The notes under the pieces were generated by a model. The model was not told the DNA's origin, did no database searches, and saw nothing but the letters and a program-made list of their open reading frames with translations. From NCBI GenBank assembly GCA_028707065.1, contig JAQTUZ010000006.1, forward strand, positions 7,367 through 71,366: DNA of 64,000 nucleotides. The letters are read 5' to 3'. Of the stretch, positions 44,913 through 53,200 are shown one piece after another; position 1 is the stretch's first letter; the number at the start of each line of letters is the position of its first letter. A program made the translations under genes and the position numbers. This stretch comes from Patescibacteria group bacterium (GTDB taxonomy: Bacteria; Patescibacteriota; Patescibacteriia; Patescibacteriales; WJLG01).

Positions 44913-44956
44913 AAAATTAATTACAAATTATTAATTATAAATTTTTTCTGGGATAA

Positions 44957-45017
44957 GTCCCCTCTTGGGAGGGGTGCCGATCCGCCCCGGGAGGAGAGGC
45001 GGGGTGGGTCTATTCCT
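44957..45017. repeat. GC-rich palindromic element (reverse orientation)
   Basis: cccctcttgggaggggtgccgatccgccccgggaggagaggcggggtgggtctattcc. Confidence 0.75.
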
Positions 45018-45048
45018 GACCTTATTAAAAATATTTACCAATAATGTC

Positions 45049-45106
45049 GGGAATATACCCTCCCCGTCTCGCGCGGCGCGAGCCACCCCTCCCGTGGAGG
45101 GGACTT
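45049..45106. repeat. GC-rich palindromic element (forward orientation), facing the 44957 copy
   Basis: gggaatataccctccccgtctcgcgcggcgcgagccacccctcccgtggagggga. Confidence 0.75.
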
Positions 45107-45109
45107 TTT

Positions 45110-46015
45110 TTATTTCATTCCTCTCAACGCGGCGATACGGTCGGCGACCGGCGGGTGGGTTAAGAATAATTTGGTGAAAAAACCGACATGGCCGTCCTGG
45201 CCCTTTAAAGGTGAAATGATATATAGATGCGCGGTGGCGCGGTTGGCAACTTCGAGAGGTTCAGTGTCGGCGGAAATTTTTTCCAAGGCGCGGATCAGGC
45301 CTTCGGGATAGCGGGTCAACAAGGCGCCATCGGCATCGGCTTTGAATTCTCGCTTGCGGGAAATGGCCATTTGCATCAAGGAGGCGAAGATCGGCGCGAG
45401 AATCGCCAAAACAATGGCGACGATCAACATTATCAACTGTAATTGTCCGCCTTCATCATTGCTGCGGCGACGGCGTCCACCAAAAAAACTCCAGCGCATA
45501 AACCAATCGGCCAACAAGACAACCACGCCGACCAAAACCGTGACGACCGTGGAAAGCAAAATGTCGCGGTTGCCGATGTGCGAAAGCTCATGGGCGATCA
45601 CGCCTTCCAACTCGATCCTTTCCAATTTCTGCAAAAGGCCGGTGGTGACGGCGATGACCGCGTGCTGGGGATCGCGGCCGGTGGCAAAAGCGTTCGGCGC
45701 CGAATCATTAATCACGTAAATTTTCGGCACCGGCAGTCCGGCCGTAATACAAAGATTTTCCACCAAATGATAAAGTTCGCGATTTAGATCATGATCAATT
45801 TCATGCGCGCTCGACATAGCCAAAACAATTTTGTCCGACCACCAATAACTGATGAATGAAGAAATTATGCTAAAGCCGACGGCGATATACAAAATCTCCG
45901 GCGCGTTCATCGCCCGCGAAAAAACCCAGCCGATGCCGATGACCGCGATGAAAAATATGGTCATCAGCAGCCAAGTCTTGCGCGCGTTGGAATCGGAATC
46001 GGTGTATAGTGTCAT
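45110..46015 (-). CDS. htpX: Zinc metalloprotease HtpX (M48 family)
   Basis: HELSHIGNRD (HExxH), multiple TM segments, C-terminal THPPVADRIAAL. Confidence 0.92.
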   Translation of the reverse strand: MTLYTDSDSNARKTWLLMTIFFIAVIGIGWVFSRAMNAPEILYIAVGFSIISSFISYWWSDKIVLAMSSAHEIDHDLNRELYHLVENLCITAGLPVPKIYVINDSAPNAFATGRDPQHAVIAVTTGLLQKLERIELEGVIAHELSHIGNRDILLSTVVTVLVGVVVLLADWFMRWSFFGGRRRRSNDEGGQLQLIMLIVAIVLAILAPIFASLMQMAISRKREFKADADGALLTRYPEGLIRALEKISADTEPLEVANRATAHLYIISPLKGQDGHVGFFTKLFLTHPPVADRIAALRGMK

Positions 46016-46035
46016 AAAAAAAATAATTTAAATTT

Positions 46036-47964
46036 CTACTTGCGAAAAACAAACTCGCGCTCCGCACTCCACGCATAATCAGGCTTAGCCCAATGGTGGT
46101 ACAGCCATCGCTCGTCACTATTAAACCGCTGCACACTGAAAACGCTTGGATCACCGTTGGGGTCGGTAATTCTTTTCATGCCGACATATAACGATTCTCC
46201 TTTGGGCTGTTGGCGTTGAAAAATTTGTTCATAGTTTAATCTTAATTGCGGGCCGACTTCGGGCGGACATAATTTCAAGCCTAATTCTTCGACTTTCTCA
46301 TATATTTCTTTGGTAGTCGCTCCGCTGGAAAATCCTAAATCTTCAACTTTAAGCCGAACTAAATTTATTTTCTCCGGCTTTTTAACAACATCAAAGTCGG
46401 GATTAGCTAACATGCCCCCAGCAAAAGGGGAGATAATTTTTTTTCCTTCGGAATAATTCGATTCGGCAATAATATCTTTCTTGCTCTTACCACCGATAGT
46501 CATTTTTACTTGCTCAATTTTTCCTTCCGGAAAAGAAGTATAGACATGCTCTAAATTTTTAGAAAATATGCCGGGGAATAACGGGCCAATATAGGCCTTG
46601 GTATTTTCGTTTACATCCTCTTGCCGATAAGCGATCTGATTCGGCTGACATTCCAAAGCAATCGGCGCATCTTCTTTTTTGTTTCTTGTTTGGATTATTT
46701 CCGCGATGCGCGGATCTCGTTGGAAGCCAAAACCTTCGATGGAAACGTTAATTTCGTAAAGAAATATCAAATCATCTTTGGTCAGCGGTTCTTGTTGTTT
46801 TGTTTTATTATCAATCTCGGTCAGCTTCTTCATGCCAACTGCTTTCTTTTCATAAACAGCCCCGTCTGGAAATTCTTTCATTTTTTCTTTAACCACATCA
46901 CTAATATACGGGTCAAGATTTTGTTCTTGGGCAACACCCCGAACTTCGGCAATGTTATTACCACTCAAGCGGATGGCCACGCGAGGAATTTTCGCTTGGC
47001 CGTTTTCATCCAAAGAATAATAGACATAAAAATCGCCACCAGCCAATTGTGTTTTTGCGGTTGATTCGCCGGCCGTGCACCAGCCGGTGCCATGGCCCTG
47101 CAACGATTCAACCAAAGGCATATGATCGGAATTTCTGTCATACTTTATCCATTTTCCTTCGGTATTAGCTAACTTTTCTTTAGAAGCCGGGGTTACTTTA
47201 TCAATCGCCCAGGCATAGAGCTTGGCGAAATTTTCGCCTTGGAGGATTTTAGCGAATTTTTCCTGATCAGCTTTTCTCTCCTGTTTTTCTTCGGCGGTTA
47301 AATCAGCTTCGGTATGATCTCTTTTTTCTTCTTCTAATAATTTTTGTTCCTTGGTTTGCGGCTGATATTTCTTTTCAATCGCGTCTAAAACATAGGCCAA
47401 GGCCTCGCGGTTTATATCCGGAAACGGCTTAACCGTACTTTTAGAGCGTTTGGTGAATTGCTTGGTTTCCTTATCATATTCGCCCAAAGACAAAATGCTG
47501 CGAAAGGCATAATATTTCAGCCAATCCGGATAGGTGGCATCATTAGAGGACAAATAATCAACCCAATTATCCAGCGAGCTTTTTTGATCAGTGATAAGTA
47601 TTTCGGCTAACTGGTCTTTTTGCTCATCGAATATTTCAACATTGCCATGGCCTTGTTCGCGAGCTAAGCGTTTTTGAGTCTCAAAATAGCCGTCCGGCAC
47701 TTCTTCCAGCTTGATGACGAATTCTTCGTGCAAAACATTTTTCAGCAAATTGAGATTCCGTTCCCGCCGGTCAAAATCCGGATGATTTTCCAGCTTCGGT
47801 GGATGGATGATATTTTCCAGGCGATCAAGATAATTCTGAATGCGGTCAGCCGGTTTTTGTGATACTTTTTCACCGGTATTTTGTTCGGTGCGCAAAGCCG
47901 CCGCCACAACTTCTTCGCTGTTGTGCAGATTGTATTTTTGTTTTAGAAAATTTGGATTTTCCAT
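46036..47964 (-). CDS. Hypothetical protein (642 aa)
   Basis: Long uninterrupted ORF with ATG at 47964. No family recognised by eye. Contains GHGTGWCTAGES and several charged coiled stretches. Confidence 0.7.
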   Translation of the reverse strand: MENPNFLKQKYNLHNSEEVVAAALRTEQNTGEKVSQKPADRIQNYLDRLENIIHPPKLENHPDFDRRERNLNLLKNVLHEEFVIKLEEVPDGYFETQKRLAREQGHGNVEIFDEQKDQLAEILITDQKSSLDNWVDYLSSNDATYPDWLKYYAFRSILSLGEYDKETKQFTKRSKSTVKPFPDINREALAYVLDAIEKKYQPQTKEQKLLEEEKRDHTEADLTAEEKQERKADQEKFAKILQGENFAKLYAWAIDKVTPASKEKLANTEGKWIKYDRNSDHMPLVESLQGHGTGWCTAGESTAKTQLAGGDFYVYYSLDENGQAKIPRVAIRLSGNNIAEVRGVAQEQNLDPYISDVVKEKMKEFPDGAVYEKKAVGMKKLTEIDNKTKQQEPLTKDDLIFLYEINVSIEGFGFQRDPRIAEIIQTRNKKEDAPIALECQPNQIAYRQEDVNENTKAYIGPLFPGIFSKNLEHVYTSFPEGKIEQVKMTIGGKSKKDIIAESNYSEGKKIISPFAGGMLANPDFDVVKKPEKINLVRLKVEDLGFSSGATTKEIYEKVEELGLKLCPPEVGPQLRLNYEQIFQRQQPKGESLYVGMKRITDPNGDPSVFSVQRFNSDERWLYHHWAKPDYAWSAEREFVFRK

Positions 47965-48037
47965 ATTTTGATACTTATTATCTTTACAGCTTTGCCCAAG
48001 AATTGAGCAAAGCGAAAAGAGAATAACTTATATTGAA

Positions 48038-48135
48038 CTCCACCCCGCCTTACCGGGCTCGGCACCCCTCCCGCGGAGGGGAATTTTTAACACACTCCGT
48101 CCGGCGCGGCGCCGTCCACCCCTCTCTAGAGGGGA
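48038..48135. repeat. Two tandem GC-rich palindromic elements
   Basis: 48038-48084 is ctccaccccgccttaccgggctcggcacccctcccgcggagggg. 48088-48135 is aacacactccgtccggcgcggcgccgtccacccctctctagagggg. Confidence 0.8.
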
Positions 48136-48201
48136 ATTAAATTATCAGCTTTACTGCTTTGCCCAAAGATTGAGCAAAGCGAAAAGACAATAATTAAAAG
48201 T

Positions 48202-48453
48202 CTAAGAAGTTAACTCATTGATCTCCTCTTTAATCTTTCGGTCGTTTTCCTCGACTCTTCTACTGATCAAGGCGGTCTTTTCTTTTGGACTAAGAGCATT
48301 ATAATGCCTTCCGCGTTCTTCGAGAACTTCTTGGCGGGCCATATGCACTTTATCGACTGCGGCGACAAATTTTTCCAGCGTGTCTTTAACTTCAGCGGGG
48401 TCTTCGGAGATAGCTACTCCAGCGAGTTTGTCTAGCGAATTTAAATTTCCCAT
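48202..48453 (-). CDS. Small hypothetical protein (83 aa)
   Basis: Start moved to ATG 48453 (MGNLNSLDKLAG...), because the track start at 48540 overlaps the lemA 3' end. Confidence 0.45.
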   Translation of the reverse strand: MGNLNSLDKLAGVAISEDPAEVKDTLEKFVAAVDKVHMARQEVLEERGRHYNALSPKEKTALISRRVEENDRKIKEEINELTS

Positions 48454-48484
48454 ATAGTTTGATTCGATACTTGAATAAATAAGC

Positions 48485-49045
48485 TTAAAACTTAACTTGC
48501 ACCGGGGCTTTTTCGTCTTCGGCGGCCTGGAAGAATTCATAGGCCTTGAAGTTCAGCATGCCGTTGATGATGTTGGTCGGGAAAACTTGGATCGAGGTGT
48601 TGAAGTCGCGGACATTGCCGTTGTAAAAGCGGCGGGAAGCCTGAACTTTGTCTTCGGTGTCGGTCAATTCTCTTTGCAGTTCTAAAAAGTTTTGGTTGGC
48701 TTTCAAGTCCGGATAAGCTTCCGATAAGGCAAAAATTGATTTTAAGGCGCCGGTGAGCATATTTTCCGCTTCGCCTTTGGCGGCCGAGGCGCCATCAGTC
48801 ACGCTCATCGCGCGGTTGCGGGCATTAACCACATTTTCAAAAGCAGTTTTTTCATGCGCCGCATAGCCCTTAACGGTCTCGATCAAATTCGGAATCAGGT
48901 CGTAGCGTCTTTTTAATTGGACGGTAATATCGCTCCAAGCTTCGTCGACGCGATTCTTGCCGCGGATCAAACCATTGTACATGGCGATCACCCAAAGCGC
49001 GATCAAAACGATGACGCCCAGAATGATCAATAAAGTTGTGTTCAT
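48485..49045 (-). CDS. lemA: LemA family protein
   Basis: N-terminal TM helix, then YNGLIRGKNRVDEAWSDITVQLKRRYDLIPNLIETVKGYAAHE, typical of LemA. Confidence 0.9.
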   Translation of the reverse strand: MNTTLLIILGVIVLIALWVIAMYNGLIRGKNRVDEAWSDITVQLKRRYDLIPNLIETVKGYAAHEKTAFENVVNARNRAMSVTDGASAAKGEAENMLTGALKSIFALSEAYPDLKANQNFLELQRELTDTEDKVQASRRFYNGNVRDFNTSIQVFPTNIINGMLNFKAYEFFQAAEDEKAPVQVKF

Positions 49046-49061
49046 AGATTTGATAGAATTT

Positions 49062-49176
49062 TAAATTTTGTAATTTTTAATTTTTAAAGAATTTTTAAAG
49101 TCTAATTTTTAAAAATTAAAAATTTAGATTTCTTTAAAAATTATAAAATTAAAAATTTAAAAATTATCTATTATAT
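49062..49176. repeat. AT-rich imperfect long hairpin (aaattt/taaaaatt repeats)
   Basis: Left arm taatttttaatttttaaagaatttttaaagtctaattttt pairs imperfectly with right arm aaaaattaaaaatttagatttctttaaaaattataaaatta. Confidence 0.6.
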
Positions 49177-49181
49177 GTTAA

Positions 49182-49292
49182 TTATTTTTTATCTTCTTTT
49201 TCTTTTTTCGCATCTTCAACTACTCCGGCGATCACCGCGCCGATAACCAGCAAAACAAAAACAATAATGCCTATTCCTATCATATTTTTCAT
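49182..49292 (-). CDS. Possible 36-aa single-TM peptide
   Basis: MKNMIGIGIIVFVLLVIGAVIAGVVEDAKKEKEDKK. Its ATG overlaps the ileS TGA stop (ATGA). Not in the ORF track because it is too short. Confidence 0.35.
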   Translation of the reverse strand: MKNMIGIGIIVFVLLVIGAVIAGVVEDAKKEKEDKK

Positions 49293-52200
49293 ATTTTTTT
49301 AATTTTTATAATCAATTTCTCGCCGTTGGCTTCGACCTCTTTTCCGCCTTCGGCCGCGCCGATGATTATCTTTTCCGCCAAAACATCTTTTTTCAAATCT
49401 TTGGCAAACATTTTCAGGGCATTTTTTACCGCCTCGCTTTCAGTCGCGATGGTCAAGGCAATCCGATCATTGATCGTCAGTTTGGTGTTCTTGCGCTCGG
49501 CGTTTATAAAGCGAACTAGTTCGCGCTTCAAGCCCTCGGCGATTAACTCCGGCGTCATCGCCGTATCTAACTCGACCGACAAATCACCTTCGCCAACCGT
49601 ACTCGTCACTTTTTTTACATTCAATTCATCTTTGATCAATTCAACGTATTCATTTCTTAATTCATAATTCTTAATTCTTAATTCAGTCAAGGGTTGACGC
49701 ACCTTAATGCCGGCCTCATCGCGCTTGGCCAAACCAAGTTCAACGACTTTGCGCGCCAAAGCCATATCGGCAACCACCCCCATCCCCTCCTTGGAAAGGA
49801 GGGGTGCGCTAGGCCACTCTTCAAGATGCACGGACATTTCCGGATCGGCAAAATTATTGCCCGTGACTTTCTGCCACAATTCTTCAGCGATGAACGGCGT
49901 GAACGGCGCCATCACTTTAGCCAAGTCAGTCAATACTAATCTAGTCGTTGCTAGTGCTGAATCTCCATCGGATAACACACCCCGTCGCTCGCTGTCGCTC
50001 GCGCCACCCCTCTCTAGAGGGGACTCATTATTTTTGAAACGATCGCGGCTGCGGCGCAAATACCAGGTGGAAAAATCATCGATGAATAAAGCGATCGGGC
50101 GCGTTGCGCTCGGCAAATCATATTTTTTCATCCCCTCGCTCACTTCGGCGACTAGCTGATTTAATCTGGCAATAATCCACTTATCCAAAACATTTTTTGG
50201 TTCAAAGTCAGAACCACCCCCAGACCCCTCCTTGGAAAGGAGGGGGGCGCCAGCATACATTTCATAGAATTTATAAACATTCCAGAGGATCATATTTACT
50301 TTGCGCAAACAATCGGATACGCCTTTTTCGGAAAAATTCAGATTCTCGGCAGTCATCACCGGCGAAGTCAAAAGATAATAGCGCAAAGCGTCGGCGCCGT
50401 ATTTCGCGAATAATTCGGTTGGATCGGGATAATTTTGCAAGCGCTTGGACATTTTCTTGCCGTCCTCGGCCAAAACAATTCCATTGACGATGACATTTTT
50501 ATAAGCAAAGTTATTCTTGATACCGGTGGCCATCACGTGCAGATAATAAAACCAAGCTCGGGTCTGGTCTACGCCTTCAGCGATAAACTCAGCCGGAAAA
50601 TTCTGCTCAAATCTTTCTTTGTTCTCAAAAGGATAATGCATTTGCGCATAAGGCATCGAACCGGAATCGAACCAGGTATCCAAAACATCAGGCACGCGCT
50701 TCATCTTCTCTCCGCAGATATCGCATTTTAAAATAATTTTATCGACCGAATCTTTATGCAGATCAATTTCTTTTTTGGCGGCATTATTGACATAAACGAT
50801 TTTAAATTCGCTTTTTCTGGTGTGGTCCGGGCCGTACAGCGACAAACCGGATTCGTGCTTGCTCCGGCCTCTTAAAATGCTGATCAAATCGTCGATCGGA
50901 TCAGAATGCGAAATAATTAAGATCGTTTTGCCTTTATTTTTTTCCAAAACCGGCAAGAGCCATTGATACATCCGCTCGCCGACTTCGGTTTGCGTTTCGC
51001 CCGTACCGCCGCAACGAATATCCATTACTTCTTCAGGCGTTGCAGCCAGATATTTTTGGCGGATTTTGTCATGAGCGGCCAATTCTTTGCGATCCTTATT
51101 TTCCCAAGCGCCCAAATTTATTTCTCGCAGGGAATCAACTATCTCAAAATCAATCCCCAGGCTTTGACAGATTAGCTCGGCAGTTTCCCTGGTGCGGGTC
51201 ACGGGAGAAGCATAAGCAACAATCTTTTTTTCCTGTCCGGCTATTTCTTTGGTTAATTTTTCTATCGTTGACGCTACCTGTGTCTTTCCTTTTTCTGTCA
51301 AATGATTATCTTCTTTAAGCGCAGTAATAACGCCGGCGGCATTGCTCTCGGCCTCGCCATGACGGATTAAAATCAATTTGGTCAACTGGCCGTCGGCGGC
51401 CTGATATAATTCTTCCAGCGAACCTAAAACTTTTTTGGCGCCACATTGGCATTCCCAAATCGGGAGAACCGAAGCCCAAAAACGCTGGCGGGAAATCGAC
51501 CAATCGCGCGCGCCCTCGAGCCAATTGCCGAATCGGCCCTTTTTAATATGCTCCGGCGACCAGTTGATCGCTTCGGCCAATTCCAGCATCCGCGGTTTCA
51601 TCTGGGTTATCTTTACGAACCAGGACGAAGTCGCGTAATTGATCAGCGGCGTTTCACAGCGCCAGCAATGCGGATAACTATGCTCGAATTTTTCTTTGGA
51701 GAACAATAAATTCTTCGCGGCCAAATATTTAATTATCGCCACATCAGTCGCTTGCACATCGTCTTTCGGTTTCACATGCAGACCGGCAAACTCGCCCATT
51801 TCCGGTTTGAAAGTTCCATCCATCGCGACATGCTGGATGAACGGCAGATTATATTCGCGGCCCAAGATCATATCGTCCTCGCCAAAAGCCGGTGCGATAT
51901 GCACTACGCCGGTGCCGTCTTCGGTCGTGACAAAATCGCCGTGATAAATCTTCCAGCCATTATCGCGATTCACCAATTTTTCATCTTTGGCATAATAATC
52001 AAACAACGGCTTATATTTTTTGCCGATTAATTTCTCGCCTTTAAATTCTTTAATTATTTTATATTCTTTGCCCTCAAAAATCTTTATTGCCCGCTCTTTC
52101 GCCAAAATATATTTTTCAATTTGTAATTTGTCATTTGTAATTTGTAATTCAATATAGTCAATTTCCTTCCCGACTGCGAGCGCAACATTTCCCGGCAGCG

Positions 52201-52951
52201 TCCACGGCGTAGTCGTCCAAGCTAAAACAAAAGTCTGGGCCTGGCTCGCCGAAGCATCAGTGGAGGCGGCTTCATCGACTAATTCGAATTTCGCCGTCAC
52301 GGAAAGATCTTTGACGTCCTTATAGCCTTCCGCCACTTCCGATTGCGACAAAGTCGTTTCGCAGCGCGGACAAATATACATCGAGCGATAATCTTTATAA
52401 ACCAGATCATTATCCCAAAGCTGTTTGAATGCCCACCAGATCGATTCCATGTAACTCAAATCCATCGTGCGATAGGGGCGATCCATATCCACCCAGCGGC
52501 CCAAACGCTTAACGATCTTTTCCCATTCATCGGCATAAGACAAAACTTTCGAGCGGCAAAGCGCGTTGAATTTTTCCACGCCGATCGTCTCCATAATCTC
52601 CTTTTTGCTCTTAGTGCCCAATTCTTTCTCGACGATATTCTCGATCGGCAAGCCATGACAATCCCAGCCCCAGCGGCGCGGAATATGATACCCGTTCATC
52701 GTCCAAAAACGCGGCACCACATCTTTCATAAGCGAGGCGACCAGATGGCCGTAATGCGGCGTACCGGTGGCGAACGGCGGACCGTCATAAAAAACATATT
52801 CGCCGCGAGGCGCATCTTTCTGAACGGACTTTTCAAAAATTTTATTCTTTTCCCAGAACGCCAAAACCTCCTCTTCCATCCCGACAAAAATATTCTTTTT
52901 TCCCTCGTCCGCCGAAGCCTTGGCGAAGGCTGATTGATTAATTTTTTCCAT
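49289..52951 (-). CDS. ileS: Isoleucine--tRNA ligase (type 2-like) with several insertions
   Basis: HIGH motif GTPHYGH, KMSKS motif KKMSKR, WTTTPWTLPGN, DWSISRQRFW, VPDVLDTWFDSGSMPYAQ. 1220 aa, which is long for the family. Confidence 0.97.
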   Translation of the reverse strand: MEKINQSAFAKASADEGKKNIFVGMEEEVLAFWEKNKIFEKSVQKDAPRGEYVFYDGPPFATGTPHYGHLVASLMKDVVPRFWTMNGYHIPRRWGWDCHGLPIENIVEKELGTKSKKEIMETIGVEKFNALCRSKVLSYADEWEKIVKRLGRWVDMDRPYRTMDLSYMESIWWAFKQLWDNDLVYKDYRSMYICPRCETTLSQSEVAEGYKDVKDLSVTAKFELVDEAASTDASASQAQTFVLAWTTTPWTLPGNVALAVGKEIDYIELQITNDKLQIEKYILAKERAIKIFEGKEYKIIKEFKGEKLIGKKYKPLFDYYAKDEKLVNRDNGWKIYHGDFVTTEDGTGVVHIAPAFGEDDMILGREYNLPFIQHVAMDGTFKPEMGEFAGLHVKPKDDVQATDVAIIKYLAAKNLLFSKEKFEHSYPHCWRCETPLINYATSSWFVKITQMKPRMLELAEAINWSPEHIKKGRFGNWLEGARDWSISRQRFWASVLPIWECQCGAKKVLGSLEELYQAADGQLTKLILIRHGEAESNAAGVITALKEDNHLTEKGKTQVASTIEKLTKEIAGQEKKIVAYASPVTRTRETAELICQSLGIDFEIVDSLREINLGAWENKDRKELAAHDKIRQKYLAATPEEVMDIRCGGTGETQTEVGERMYQWLLPVLEKNKGKTILIISHSDPIDDLISILRGRSKHESGLSLYGPDHTRKSEFKIVYVNNAAKKEIDLHKDSVDKIILKCDICGEKMKRVPDVLDTWFDSGSMPYAQMHYPFENKERFEQNFPAEFIAEGVDQTRAWFYYLHVMATGIKNNFAYKNVIVNGIVLAEDGKKMSKRLQNYPDPTELFAKYGADALRYYLLTSPVMTAENLNFSEKGVSDCLRKVNMILWNVYKFYEMYAGAPLLSKEGSGGGSDFEPKNVLDKWIIARLNQLVAEVSEGMKKYDLPSATRPIALFIDDFSTWYLRRSRDRFKNNESPLERGGASDSERRGVLSDGDSALATTRLVLTDLAKVMAPFTPFIAEELWQKVTGNNFADPEMSVHLEEWPSAPLLSKEGMGVVADMALARKVVELGLAKRDEAGIKVRQPLTELRIKNYELRNEYVELIKDELNVKKVTSTVGEGDLSVELDTAMTPELIAEGLKRELVRFINAERKNTKLTINDRIALTIATESEAVKNALKMFAKDLKKDVLAEKIIIGAAEGGKEVEANGEKLIIKIKKI
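49774..49810. repeat. GC-rich palindromic element (cccctccttggaaaggagggg subtype) in frame in ileS
   Basis: ccacccccatcccctccttggaaaggaggggtgcgct; translated as SAPLLSKEGMGVV. Confidence 0.8.
49973..50026. repeat. GC-rich palindromic element in frame in ileS
   Basis: aacacaccccgtcgctcgctgtcgctcgcgccacccctctctagagggga; translated as SPLERGGASDSERRGVL. Confidence 0.8.
50213..50250. repeat. GC-rich palindromic element (cccctccttggaaaggagggg subtype) in frame in ileS
   Basis: ccacccccagacccctccttggaaaggaggggggcgcc; translated as APLLSKEGSGGGS. Confidence 0.8.
50770..51385 (-). other. Histidine-phosphatase (PGM-like) domain inserted inside IleRS
   Basis: LILIRHGEAESN, LTEKGKTQ, ASPVTRTRETAE, LREINLGAWEN, GETQTEVGERM, ILIISHSDPI. 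Sits between ...GSLEELYQAADGQ and ...IDLHKDSVDKIILKCDICGEKMKRVPDVLDTWFDSG. Confidence 0.8.
52117..52150. repeat. AT-rich repeat (aatttgtaatttgt) in frame in ileS
   Basis: caatttgtaatttgtcatttgtaatttgtaattc; translated as ELQITNDKLQIEKY. Confidence 0.7.
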
Positions 52952-53037
52952 TTGAAAATTCTAAAATTTCAAACATTGAGATTTGTTTGAAAATTCCTGC
53001 CTGCTGGCAGGCAGGGATAATTGAAAATTATGTATTA

Positions 53038-53066
53038 ATATTACCCTTTTTTTAGCTCTTTGTCAA
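53038..53066 (-). promoter_or_regulatory. Sigma70-type promoter for ileS
   Basis: Minus strand reads TTGACA, 17 nt (aagagctaaaaaaaggg), TAATAT. The leader of about 85 nt contains hairpins cctgcctg/caggcagg and tttcaaaca/tgtttgaaa. Confidence 0.6.
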
Positions 53067-53114
53067 AAACAAAAAAACACATTTATAAACATAAATGCAT
53101 TGCTAATCTAAGCC

Positions 53115-53156
53115 CAAAATAAAAAGGGCTATTCCGAAAAAAATTCGAAATAGCCG
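53115..53156 (-). terminator. Rho-independent terminator after gene 53201..53551
   Basis: Minus strand: ggctatttcgaa-ttttt-ttcggaatagcc followed by ctttttatttt. Confidence 0.7.
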
Positions 53157-53200
53157 GAGTGAAAAATAAGCCCGAATCAGGTCCGCTTGACCGGAAATTC

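Noticed and set aside
719-50250. GC-rich hairpin repeats as a CRISPR array
   Set aside because: The copies are dispersed over 50 kb, in both orientations and without regular spacing or unique spacers. Several lie inside CDSs.
52952-53037. T-box riboswitch leader upstream of ileS
   Set aside because: The leader predicted from the promoter is only about 85 nt. I could not find the conserved T-box sequence or a specifier-loop / terminator-antiterminator arrangement.
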